Positions 1 to 8,330 of a DNA stretch of 64,000 nt are shown here, in pieces. This DNA is from Escherichia phage FL04. Both the position numbers and the translations under genes were made by a program. Under the pieces are notes generated by a model that worked only from the letters and a program-made list of their open reading frames with translations, searched no databases and was not told where the DNA came from. Position 1 is the first letter of the stretch, and each line of letters begins with the position of its first letter. The DNA is taken from the sequence record PP358550; one strand, given 5' to 3'.

Positions 1-2
1 CT

Positions 3-629
3 AATGCTTTACCGCCAAAATGGATCGTAAGTCGCTTTTATACTCTCAAGGAAGGTAACGCACCTGATGGTCGTCCGATCCGAGATCTGTTTCTGGAGAT
101 GACTACAGCCGAAGCACAGTTTTATAATGATCTGACAGACGATAAGCCATTTCTCGTAAATTCGGTGGACCTTGATGGCAATGTCACATCAATCATCACA
201 CATGGTGGGGGAGTGAAAAATATTACTTCTCTGCGTGATCACGGTTGGGAAATTGCTTGTGTATTTCCTGCGGATGTACGCGGATTCTTTGATGAGGTAT
301 CTGATATTAAAGTAAATGCACTGGAACCATATGACGAGATCCCACCACTGAAAGAAGAAAAAGAGTTGACACCAGAAGATGTAGATAGTACACTACACCC
401 AGACCTATTTAAGAAGATTAGCGGTTTATGGACTGTTACCCTGTATCCAACCGCATTAGGTCTAGAATTGGGTATGCCAACTTATTCTGATATTGATAAC
501 TGGAATAAGAGCATTGATAAAGAGGTTACAAGAGAGCGAAATAATGCTAAAATGCAACTTAAAGAGAAACGCAAAAATCTTGAACGACAACTGAAAGAAA
601 CAAAACATTTGCTTTCTACATTCGATTGA
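3..629 (+). CDS. hypothetical protein, 5-prime partial (reading frame open to window start)
   Basis: No stop codon in this frame between position 3 and 629; internal Met at 99; same orientation as downstream primase gene. Identity not recognised. Confidence 0.5.
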   Translation, partial: NALPPKWIVSRFYTLKEGNAPDGRPIRDLFLEMTTAEAQFYNDLTDDKPFLVNSVDLDGNVTSIITHGGGVKNITSLRDHGWEIACVFPADVRGFFDEVSDIKVNALEPYDEIPPLKEEKELTPEDVDSTLHPDLFKKISGLWTVTLYPTALGLELGMPTYSDIDNWNKSIDKEVTRERNNAKMQLKEKRKNLERQLKETKHLLSTFD

Positions 630-659
630 TCTATAATGAAACTCTAAGGAGACTATATT

Positions 660-1037
660 ATGAAAAATATGATTACGCCGGAAGATGTAGCATTCAAAAC
701 CGCATTCAACGGAGATATTCTTATTTTTATCGACGGTAAACACGCCGGAATGATTGAACCGGAAGGTCGCTGGGGTGTTGCTGAACTATATAACGTGGCG
801 GGTGTAGAAGGTCATAAAACAGCACTTGTTTTCTTGTCAGATAAAGATCAAATGCGTCGAAAAATTGCTGCGCTCTATAATGAAGCAGTATATTTCTACG
901 AACCGTTTCATCGTATTAAAACGATCTCCCGCGTGACTCGAAAAGATGTTAATGCTTGTGTTATCAAGATTGTAGAGAATCAGGATAAACTGACGAAAGA
1001 CCAGATTGTTGACTTACTGAAAGAGATTATTCTATGA
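660..1037 (+). CDS. hypothetical protein (125 aa)
   Basis: ATG preceded by AGGAGA; stop overlaps next start (ATGA). Confidence 0.65.
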   Translation: MKNMITPEDVAFKTAFNGDILIFIDGKHAGMIEPEGRWGVAELYNVAGVEGHKTALVFLSDKDQMRRKIAALYNEAVYFYEPFHRIKTISRVTRKDVNACVIKIVENQDKLTKDQIVDLLKEIIL

Positions 1038-1210
1038 TTGGATTTAAACAGTTTGTTGAAGAAAATAAACTCAAAGAAGATATGACCGCTGGCGATGCTG
1101 GCGGCAATCCTGAGAAGATCGCAGCAGGGGAAACGAGCGGATCTATTACCAATCGTGGACCTAGTGTAGCGGGTAAAGAAAAACGCAAAAAGGAGAAAGA
1201 CGGTGCTTAG
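1034..1210 (+). CDS. hypothetical small protein (58 aa, Lys-rich C-terminus)
   Basis: ATG overlapping upstream stop (ATGA); not in the ORF track (under 60 aa); part of a chain of translationally coupled small ORFs. Confidence 0.4.
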   Translation: MIGFKQFVEENKLKEDMTAGDAGGNPEKIAAGETSGSITNRGPSVAGKEKRKKEKDGA

Positions 1211-1361
1211 TATCATCATGTTTATCGTTGGCTTGCTGTCCGCTATTGTCGGTGTTGTTGTTTTCGGATTATCTGGACACAAAACAAAAACAGAAAAGTT
1301 ATCCGAGATCACAATGTATGTTGGTGTAGTTCTCATTCTGTTGTCGGTGGCGCTTAAATGA
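1203..1361 (+). CDS. hypothetical small membrane protein (about 52 aa, GTG start; alternative ATG at 1218)
   Basis: AAGGAG 7 nt upstream of GTG 1203; hydrophobic segments; stop overlaps ATG of next ORF. Confidence 0.35.
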   Translation: MLSIIMFIVGLLSAIVGVVVFGLSGHKTKTEKLSEITMYVGVVLILLSVALK

Positions 1362-1561
1362 TTACGATGAAATGTCTTAAAAGCACATATGCACTTTTTG
1401 AAGCCGGAAAAGAATATGAATTTACAGAACTTGATTCGGTAGGCCGTTTTCGTGTATTCTCTTACACATCGCCAGATGGTAGTGTCTACAAATTTGGCTT
1501 AGATGAGAACGGAGAGAATGAAAATGAAAGTGTGGGAACTTTCATGAAATTTGAGCTATAA
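1358..1561 (+). CDS. hypothetical protein (67 aa)
   Basis: ATG overlapping upstream stop; ends 10 nt before primase start. Confidence 0.55.
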   Translation: MITMKCLKSTYALFEAGKEYEFTELDSVGRFRVFSYTSPDGSVYKFGLDENGENENESVGTFMKFEL

Positions 1562-1570
1562 GAGGTTAAT

Positions 1571-2599
1571 ATGATTTACTACGCAGATTATGAAATAGCG
1601 GAAAAAGCCATATACGGCGAACGAAATTTTAAACGGTTGCATACTAGCTCATTTACGCTGGTCTGTAGTTGTCCGATCTGCGGTGACTCAAAGAAAAATC
1701 ATACTCAAGCGCGATTCCGTATCTATACCTATAAGGATAGTTTGCGTTGCGGCTGTTTCAACTGTAACTACAATCAGCCGTTAGGTGAATTTCTCAAACA
1801 GTATAAGCCGGACCTATTCAGGGAATGGCTTATGGAACGACGGAAGGAACAAGGCGACCACAAGAACACCACGTTCAAGCCACTGAAAAAGGTAGAAAAG
1901 CCGGAGATTAAGAAAGTGCAAACATTGCCTTTCTGCGAGAGATTAGATACTCTTCCGGCTAATCATCCTATAATAAAGTATGTCAGTGATCGCTGTATTC
2001 CTCACGATAAATGGGATCTTCTGTATTTCACTAGAGAATGGCAAAAGGTAGCAAATCACATTAAGGCTGATACTTTCAAGAATCCACAACCTGAACCGCG
2101 TTTAGTGATTCCTATCTTTAACCGCGAGAACAAGATAGAATCCATTCAGGGGCGAGCATTGAGAAAGGATTACGGAAAGACCAAATATATGACGATTAAA
2201 ACTCATGAGTTAGCGAGTAAGGTCTATGGTCTTGAACGCGCCGATCCGAGTAAACCAGTGTATTTCTTAGAAGGTCCGATCGATTCATTGTTTATTGATA
2301 ACGGGTGTGCAATTACTGGCGGTACTTTGGGATTAGATGAAATCCCTTTCCCAGACCAGCGAGTGTTTGTACTTGATGCGGAACCACGGTCTGCCGATAC
2401 AATGCACCGACTGGAAAAGTTTATCAATGCAGGTGAAAAGATTGTATTGTGGGACCGTTGCCCGTGGCATTCTAAAGACGTTAACGCCATGATTCAGGAC
2501 GAGGGCGCTACACGCGACCAGATCATGGAATATATCAAAGAGAACACCGTACAAGGTCTGATGGCTAAAATGCGGTTTATGAAATATTGTAAATTTTAA
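1571..2599 (+). CDS. 61: DNA primase gp61
   Basis: 342 aa; N-terminal Zn-ribbon CPICGDSKK...CFNCNY, conserved PIIKYV, LEGPIDSLFI, KDVNAMI..GAT motifs matching T4 gp61 along its length. Confidence 0.93.
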   Translation: MIYYADYEIAEKAIYGERNFKRLHTSSFTLVCSCPICGDSKKNHTQARFRIYTYKDSLRCGCFNCNYNQPLGEFLKQYKPDLFREWLMERRKEQGDHKNTTFKPLKKVEKPEIKKVQTLPFCERLDTLPANHPIIKYVSDRCIPHDKWDLLYFTREWQKVANHIKADTFKNPQPEPRLVIPIFNRENKIESIQGRALRKDYGKTKYMTIKTHELASKVYGLERADPSKPVYFLEGPIDSLFIDNGCAITGGTLGLDEIPFPDQRVFVLDAEPRSADTMHRLEKFINAGEKIVLWDRCPWHSKDVNAMIQDEGATRDQIMEYIKENTVQGLMAKMRFMKYCKF

Positions 2600-2607
2600 T
2601 TAATGAG

Positions 2608-3132
2608 GTGAATATGTCAGAATTTAATTCTTGTGCTGGTCTGGTTAACGAAAAAGATATTAACGCGGCTATCGCCGCATATCATCACGCTATTGCAGAA
2701 GGTAAAGATCCGTTTCAGGTGATGCTAGAAATGCAAACTGGTTTGCAGGTTGCATTATCAGAAAAATTTGATTGGGTCCCAAATCCAACTAAGCTAGAGA
2801 CTTGCGGTGAAATGCTGGATTGGATGCAGCGGATGGATGACGCTATCGCAGACGAAACACGAGAGCTTTACACATCGCTGGGTGGAATGTCCAATGGTAA
2901 AGATGCAAGTGCAATCTGGAAAATGTGGAAAAAGAACCACGGGGAAGCGCGAGCGCGTAAATTCTCTGAACTGTCACCGGAAGATCAGCTTGAAGTGAAA
3001 TTTGAATTTGTGGATGCGATCCACTTCATTCTGTCAAAGATGATCCCGCTGGGTATTGACGCTCAAGAACTCTTTATTCTGTACTATCTGAAAAATGCTG
3101 AAAACTTCGCCCGTCAAGAACGCGGCTACTAA
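2608..3132 (+). CDS. hypothetical protein, possibly all-alpha NTP-pyrophosphatase-like (candidate dCTPase gp56 analogue)
   Basis: 174 aa; acidic ExxxE / ExxD patterns (ETCGEMLDWMQRMDDAIADETRE, EDQLEVKFEFVD); T4 gp56 is recalled as a similar length, but that match is from memory and unverified. Confidence 0.35.
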   Translation: MNMSEFNSCAGLVNEKDINAAIAAYHHAIAEGKDPFQVMLEMQTGLQVALSEKFDWVPNPTKLETCGEMLDWMQRMDDAIADETRELYTSLGGMSNGKDASAIWKMWKKNHGEARARKFSELSPEDQLEVKFEFVDAIHFILSKMIPLGIDAQELFILYYLKNAENFARQERGY

Positions 3133-3139
3133 AAATTAG

Positions 3140-3168
3140 TTGACACTACTCTATAATGGTTTTATTAT
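3140..3168 (+). promoter_or_regulatory. sigma70-type early promoter (TTGACA-17-TATTAT)
   Basis: -35 TTGACA 3140-3145, -10 TATTAT 3163-3168; immediately followed by hairpin plus T-run. Confidence 0.5.
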
Positions 3169-3198
3169 GCCTCCCGTCGAAAGATTGGAGGCTTTTTT
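3169..3198 (+). terminator. hairpin plus T-run (terminator/attenuator) whose 3-prime arm contains the GGAGG Shine-Dalgarno of the next gene
   Basis: GCCTCC...GGAGGC stem followed by TTTTTTATT, 4 nt before ATG 3202. Confidence 0.55.
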
Positions 3199-3201
3199 AT
3201 T

Positions 3202-3705
3202 ATGCAATTTACACCAGAAGAACTTAACATCATTGATGAATTGATGAACTCTAAAGAAAATATCGATATGTCGATCCTTAATGGATTGATCGAAAAGACT
3301 GAACGGTTAGTGCATCATGAAGCCTTGTATCGCGGTGTGAGCAAAAGAGAAGGCCGTAAGCTGGATACCTTAATTGTAGGTGATTCTTTCGTTGTAGATC
3401 GTCCTATGAGCTTTACGCCACTGCAATCAACAGCAGAGGACTTTGCAACCGATGTTTATGCAACAGGAAAGATTATTGCAATAAAACCTACCAAGCCTTG
3501 CATGAATTATTACGAACATGCTATTGACCGAGTGGTGTCTAAAGAGTATGACAATCCGACTACTCGACTGTCTTTGTATGCTATGTTGGCAGATGAGCGC
3601 GAGTGCATATACAAGACAGGGACGACCATGATCCTTGATGAGATCGAGGAAGTTTACGCGTGTAATGGCGATCTGATAGAGATTTACAAATTTTCTTTAA
3701 TTTAA
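3202..3705 (+). CDS. putative ADP-ribosyltransferase (ModA/ModB-like)
   Basis: 167 aa; R (LYRGVS), S-x-T (MSFTPLQST) and E-x-E (ADERECI) motifs in the order expected for R-S-E type ARTs. Confidence 0.4.
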   Translation: MQFTPEELNIIDELMNSKENIDMSILNGLIEKTERLVHHEALYRGVSKREGRKLDTLIVGDSFVVDRPMSFTPLQSTAEDFATDVYATGKIIAIKPTKPCMNYYEHAIDRVVSKEYDNPTTRLSLYAMLADERECIYKTGTTMILDEIEEVYACNGDLIEIYKFSLI

Positions 3706-3708
3706 GTG

Positions 3709-3738
3709 TTGACAGCACAAACCAGATAGACAATAATA
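3709..3738 (+). promoter_or_regulatory. sigma70-type early promoter
   Basis: TTGACA 3709-3714, 17-nt spacer, AATAAT-like -10 at 3732-3738. Confidence 0.55.
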
Positions 3739-3766
3739 CACACATACCAACTAAGGAGAATCAATT

Positions 3767-4522
3767 ATGAAACTGTTTGCTTTTAAATCTAACGAAGAAT
3801 TGGCGCTGGTTGTTTTCCGGCTGAACTCTATCATGGCTGGCGCTTCACGTCGCAACAAAGACTTCTCTATGAGCTTAGTCACTGTTCGTAACATTTACCG
3901 TCAGACTCATTGTGTCTATTCAGGTGAGGCTTTCGGTGAAGGTGATGACGGACTCTCCTTAGAGCGCATTGATTGCAATCTGGGATATGTTGATGGCAAT
4001 GTAATTCCGGTTAAACTGAAATACAATTCTTTCCGTGGCAATCACACTATCGAATCTCTTAAAGAGATCCAAGAACTAGGAACTAACGGTAAACTTTCTG
4101 ATGATGAAATTGCCCTACGTGCGAAGTACATCGAGTGGATCGAACTTAACGAGAATCGCATCAAAAATCAGGAAATGGCAATCGAAGAAAAGAAATTAGC
4201 AATCGAGCGCCACAAAAAGCACAACGAACCGGAGAAAGCAGAGGCAGCCGAGCGAGCGATTAAAAATACTCTCTTCCGTATGGAAGAACGTTATCAGAAA
4301 ATTGCAGATCTCAAGCAAGCCCTTAGCGAAATCAACAAGAAAGAAGAAAAACTTAAGGCTATTGCAAACAATACCGAAATCGTGCTAAAATATACCAGCG
4401 TTTTGATTGAATCTCTTTCTAAGTATGAGAACTTAACGCCAGCACAAAAAGAACGCGTGAAATACGGGCTTCCGATTGATGCGTCGTGGATTGAATTGAT
4501 GAAAGCGAAGGTAGGTTTATAA
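3767..4522 (+). CDS. hypothetical protein with C-terminal coiled coil
   Basis: 251 aa; RBS AAGGAGA; N-terminal region has a degenerate HNH-like stretch (SLERIDCNLGYVDGNV) without His; C-terminal half is K/E-rich. Confidence 0.6.
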   Translation: MKLFAFKSNEELALVVFRLNSIMAGASRRNKDFSMSLVTVRNIYRQTHCVYSGEAFGEGDDGLSLERIDCNLGYVDGNVIPVKLKYNSFRGNHTIESLKEIQELGTNGKLSDDEIALRAKYIEWIELNENRIKNQEMAIEEKKLAIERHKKHNEPEKAEAAERAIKNTLFRMEERYQKIADLKQALSEINKKEEKLKAIANNTEIVLKYTSVLIESLSKYENLTPAQKERVKYGLPIDASWIELMKAKVGL

Positions 4523-4836
4523 TGCATGTATTTGCTGTATGTTATCGTGATAAAGACGGATTCTTTCAATACTCAGTGGACGCGAAAGGTCGCGTCCTAA
4601 CTTGCGAAACACATGATGCTGCGTTAGCGTCAATGTGTGATCAGATAGATTATTGTGAGAGTCTATTGGCGGGTGAACCGAAATACAAGGTTGTACCTAA
4701 ACGAAAATTTGGCATAATCCGGTCTTCTGAAATTGTTCGGGATGGTATAGAATATAAAATTCCTGAATATGAAAAAGAACGGGTACGGCGAGAACTCAAT
4801 ACTATCTGTGTTCGCAAGGTGAGGATTTTAGGATAA
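4522..4836 (+). CDS. hypothetical protein (104 aa)
   Basis: Start overlaps upstream stop (TAATG); stop overlaps dda start. Confidence 0.55.
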   Translation: MHVFAVCYRDKDGFFQYSVDAKGRVLTCETHDAALASMCDQIDYCESLLAGEPKYKVVPKRKFGIIRSSEIVRDGIEYKIPEYEKERVRRELNTICVRKVRILG

Positions 4837-6227
4837 TGAGCAGAGTATTAACTTTCGATATGTTAACAGACGGGCAAAAACATGCTTTTGATGTTCTAAT
4901 GAAACGCATTGAACAAAAGAAGCATACAACTGTCCGGGGTGCGGCGGGTACTGGTAAAACCGCAATGATGAAATTCATTGTTCAGGAAATGGTCCGCCGT
5001 GGTGTAACTGGTGTGGTTTTGGCAACGCCTACCCACCAGGCTAAAAAAGTTTTGAGTAAAGCGGTAGGTCGTCAAGCATTTACTTTACATGCACTACTGC
5101 GACTAAACCCGACCAACTATGAAGATACTCAAGTATTTGAGCAAAAAGATACTCCTAAGCTAGATGATGTTCAGATCATCATTGTTGATGAAGCGAGTAT
5201 GGTCGATAAGAAACTATTTGATATTCTCATGAAGAGTATCAACGGTCGAATTGTTATTATTGCCGTGGGTGATCTGTACCAGTTACGACCAGTTGATCCG
5301 AGCGGTGCAACGTCGATCTCTCCTTTCTTCACCGATGAAAGGTTTCAGAATGTAGAACTTACAGAGATTAAACGATCTAATGCGCCAATAATTGATGTGG
5401 CGACCGCTGTCCGTAATGGTAAATGGGTATTCGAAAAGCAGTGCGGTAACGAGGGTGTATTCCATAGCTCAACTCTGCCGGAGTTTATGAAGCATTATTT
5501 CGAAACCGTTAAAACGCCGGAAGACCTTCTAGAAAACCGTATTCTGGCCTACACTAACAAGAGCGTCGAAAAACTCAATGAAATTGTGCGTAAGCGCGTT
5601 TATAACACCGATGAACCAGTGATTGTAGATGAAATTCTGGTTACTCAGGAACCATTGATCGAATATCTGCGAGATGAACGCGGGAAGAAGATTCCCAATG
5701 TTATTTTTAACAATGGTGAGATGATCCGAGTTAAAGAGGTCATCCCGCGTGAATTTACATTACGTTGCACGGGTGTAGATCCGCAACCAGTTTTAGGATA
5801 TACTCTGAAAGTGGAAAGCGTCGATGATGACGAAGACAAAGAAATCCTAAATCAGAAAGTCGGTTTAGATGCAGTCGGAATAACTACAGATAAACCAGAT
5901 TTAGTAGAAATCAACATTCTGACAGAACAACGTCAGAAGAACATTTTCTCTATCTATCTGAATACGGTCGCCGGACAATATCGCGAAATGAAGAAAGAGA
6001 ATCCGAATTTTAAACCGGATTGGGATTCTTTCTGGACGATGAAGCGTATGTTCTTGAATGTAAAAGCATTACCAGCTTGCACTATTCATAAGTCACAAGG
6101 AATCAGCGTAGACCGCGTGTTCCTGTATACCCCTTGCATGTGTACAGATAATGTTGACTTTGAATTGGCAATGCAGTTATTATATGTGGGTGTTACCCGT
6201 GCACGGTATCGTGTAGACTATATTTGA
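4836..6227 (+). CDS. dda: DNA helicase Dda (SF1B)
   Basis: 463 aa; Walker A GAAGTGKT, IIVDEASMVD, VGDLYQLRPV, RSNAPIIDVAT, LYVGVTRARY; collinear with T4 Dda. Confidence 0.93.
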   Translation: MSRVLTFDMLTDGQKHAFDVLMKRIEQKKHTTVRGAAGTGKTAMMKFIVQEMVRRGVTGVVLATPTHQAKKVLSKAVGRQAFTLHALLRLNPTNYEDTQVFEQKDTPKLDDVQIIIVDEASMVDKKLFDILMKSINGRIVIIAVGDLYQLRPVDPSGATSISPFFTDERFQNVELTEIKRSNAPIIDVATAVRNGKWVFEKQCGNEGVFHSSTLPEFMKHYFETVKTPEDLLENRILAYTNKSVEKLNEIVRKRVYNTDEPVIVDEILVTQEPLIEYLRDERGKKIPNVIFNNGEMIRVKEVIPREFTLRCTGVDPQPVLGYTLKVESVDDDEDKEILNQKVGLDAVGITTDKPDLVEINILTEQRQKNIFSIYLNTVAGQYREMKKENPNFKPDWDSFWTMKRMFLNVKALPACTIHKSQGISVDRVFLYTPCMCTDNVDFELAMQLLYVGVTRARYRVDYI

Positions 6228-6238
6228 GGAATATTATT

Positions 6239-6406
6239 ATGATTATGCGAAGTATCCCAGAATTTGACGAAGTGAAAGTATCGTATCATGGCGAATGTGT
6301 ATACATGCATTTCAGGTGGGGTAACTACGGATGGGGTATATCTGGAATCAGCGAGGCCGATTGTATTAATTCCATGATAGATCACTTCACTAAGCGGGGT
6401 TACTGA
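6239..6406 (+). CDS. hypothetical small protein (55 aa)
   Basis: ATG 6239 with GAGGA 8 nt upstream; track ORF begins at an upstream TTG. Confidence 0.45.
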   Translation: MIMRSIPEFDEVKVSYHGECVYMHFRWGNYGWGISGISEADCINSMIDHFTKRGY

Positions 6407-6407
6407 T

Positions 6408-6647
6408 ATGATGATTATTGATGAACTTGATAAACTGTTATGTTTAGATGCCATCGTAACATTCCATCGTGATAAAATTCACGCTGATTATGCACAACAT
6501 GTAATGTCTTTTCGACATAAAGTACAGTCGGTACAGGCGATGGAAAGTTTACTGATTAATGTTTGCAATTATCGGTCAACCAAATGCAATCTAGTGTTAG
6601 ATAAAAACGATCTGGAGTTATTCCGGCACATCGCGGAGGATATTTAA
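6408..6647 (+). CDS. hypothetical protein (79 aa)
   Basis: Tightly packed between upstream ORF and dexA. Confidence 0.5.
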   Translation: MMIIDELDKLLCLDAIVTFHRDKIHADYAQHVMSFRHKVQSVQAMESLLINVCNYRSTKCNLVLDKNDLELFRHIAEDI

Positions 6648-6648
6648 A

Positions 6649-7317
6649 ATGCTTCCAGTGGATTTAATGATTGACTTTGAAAGTTTAGGTTATCCGCCTG
6701 ATGGGGCGGTTATCAATATGGCGGCAATCGGATTTAAAGAAGATCCGCACAATCCACCTACATTTAAAGAACTGGTCGACAATTCCTTTCTGGTAAAATT
6801 TGATATTCCTTCCCAGAAAGGTGTAAGGGTGTTTGATCATGGTGTGGTTGAATGGTGGAAGAATACCGCCTCAGAAGGCATGAGAAAGCAATTAATCACA
6901 AATGGTACGGAAGTATCAACTAAAGAAGGTTTAGCGCGTTTTAACGCATTCTGTGAAGCCGTAGGAGTAGATCCGGTTAAATCCGTAATGTGGTCACGCG
7001 GTAATGCGTTTGATATTCCGTTACTAGTTGATATGATCCGCCGTGCACACAATACACGAGAGACGTTCAGCCTTGAACCTGTGCGATTCTGGAATATCCG
7101 AGATGTTCGCACCGCCATTGAGCGTACATTGATGCATCGCGGGATGTGTGAGTGTCCGTTACCAATGGGTACGCTAGATGGTTTTATCGCACATGATGCA
7201 ATTCATGATTGCGCTCGCGATATTCTTATGCTAATCTATGCACAACGTTATGCTATGGGTCTGGAAGACCTACCAGAAAATCCAGATCCAAATTCAGTTA
7301 AGAAACAAAGGGGATAA
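6649..7317 (+). CDS. dexA: exonuclease A (DexA, DnaQ-like 3-prime to 5-prime exonuclease)
   Basis: 222 aa; N-terminal DFESLG exonuclease motif, later HDAIHDC; T4 synteny (dda-dexA). Confidence 0.8.
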   Translation: MLPVDLMIDFESLGYPPDGAVINMAAIGFKEDPHNPPTFKELVDNSFLVKFDIPSQKGVRVFDHGVVEWWKNTASEGMRKQLITNGTEVSTKEGLARFNAFCEAVGVDPVKSVMWSRGNAFDIPLLVDMIRRAHNTRETFSLEPVRFWNIRDVRTAIERTLMHRGMCECPLPMGTLDGFIAHDAIHDCARDILMLIYAQRYAMGLEDLPENPDPNSVKKQRG

Positions 7318-7318
7318 T

Positions 7319-7492
7319 ATGCCATTATACGATTATTCTTGTGAAGAACACGGTCAATTTCAGAAAATCCGCAAAATTTCCGAACGTGAAAAGGCAGAAT
7401 GCCCTGAATGTGGTAAAGAATGCAAACAGGGATTAACTGCCCCGCGCGGTATTAATGGCGGGTACTATGATAAAAATGTGCGCGTGTCATGA
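7319..7492 (+). CDS. FmdB-like zinc-ribbon protein (57 aa)
   Basis: MPLYDYSCEEHGQF...CPECG pattern typical of FmdB-family Zn-ribbons; not in track at this start (track ORF starts further upstream). Confidence 0.5.
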   Translation: MPLYDYSCEEHGQFQKIRKISEREKAECPECGKECKQGLTAPRGINGGYYDKNVRVS

Positions 7493-7595
7493 GTCATATA
7501 CTTGACAATCACTCAATTTTTAATATGATTGTTGCAGCCGTCTTTGTGGCGGTTGCAGTAAGTTATGGTTATGTTATGTATTGGAGAGAGAAAAA

Positions 7596-8324
7596 GTGAA
7601 CATCAAAAAGTTTATTGTTGATGTTCTGGAGGCGAAAAGCGGAAATAGACTAAACTCAAATCTTTTTAAAGAAAATAAAATTCCAGAAATGGAAAAATTG
7701 TATCCTGCGGAATTTCAGATTATAAGGAATGAGTTTAAGTTCTGTAATGGAGGTCTCAGAAATCAACAACCATATAACGAGGCTGTTTATAGATTGCGCC
7801 ACGGAATAACAGGAAGAGTTAAATGTGCAAGATGCCCAAATCCTGTAAATTATCATACATACTCTAGAGGCTATCATAAATTTTGCTGTTCTCGTTGCGC
7901 ATCGTTGGACCAGGCACAAAACATAAAGATTGAACGAGAATGCGCTAAATGTGGTAAACCATTTGTTGCAATAAACGTATCTCAAAAGTATTGTTCTGAT
8001 GAGTGTCGATTGTTCGAGAAGCGAGAGCGAGAACTAGATAGGCCATATCATCATGCCGAAAATGGTATAAAAATATCAAAAAGAGAAGCGTTAGAAATTT
8101 TAGGCAGAGTTGACAATTGCGAGATATGCGGTGTAAAATTCATAAATGAACGATGCGGCGTGAGAAAACGCCAAAAGTGGAAACATCTTGACCATAATCA
8201 TAAGACTGGTAAGATAAGAGGTGTTCTTTGTGGAAAATGTAATGCCGGATTAGGGATGTTCAAAGACGATCCTCAAAGATTATATGCGGCATTGGAATAC
8301 CTGAAACGAACTGACGGAGAATGA
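7596..8324 (+). CDS. Endonuclease VII-domain (HNH-like) nuclease with N-terminal Cys-rich zinc-ribbon repeats; putative homing endonuclease
   Basis: C-terminal HLDHNHKTGKIRGVLCGKCNAGLG matches Endo VII catalytic motif; several CxxC pairs upstream; probable GTG start at 7596 after GGAGAGAG (track starts at TTG 7581). Confidence 0.7.
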   Translation: MNIKKFIVDVLEAKSGNRLNSNLFKENKIPEMEKLYPAEFQIIRNEFKFCNGGLRNQQPYNEAVYRLRHGITGRVKCARCPNPVNYHTYSRGYHKFCCSRCASLDQAQNIKIERECAKCGKPFVAINVSQKYCSDECRLFEKRERELDRPYHHAENGIKISKREALEILGRVDNCEICGVKFINERCGVRKRQKWKHLDHNHKTGKIRGVLCGKCNAGLGMFKDDPQRLYAALEYLKRTDGE

Positions 8325-8330
8325 TATAAT

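Noticed and set aside
1-629. Assigning the 5-prime partial ORF as replicative helicase gp41
   Set aside because: Synteny with T4 (41 upstream of 61) would suggest it, but four small ORFs intervene and the visible C-terminal sequence shows no helicase motif I could recognise, so it is left as hypothetical.
462-743. Antisense ORF (93 aa) overlapping + strand genes
   Set aside because: Lies entirely opposite densely packed + strand ORFs and has no RBS; the same reasoning applies to other antisense track ORFs inside long genes (for example 980-1336, 8405-8740, 9309-9614, 12214-12564, 25524-25967, 31233-31730, 36858-37460, 37493-37942, 60000-60602).
2807-2998. Alternative-frame + strand ORF inside 2608-3132
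   Set aside because: Fully nested in a better-supported ORF in another frame; no independent start signal.
3767-4522. HNH homing endonuclease call for the 251-aa ORF
   Set aside because: Only a degenerate HNH-like stretch (ERID...GYVDGN) without the catalytic His; insufficient for a functional call.
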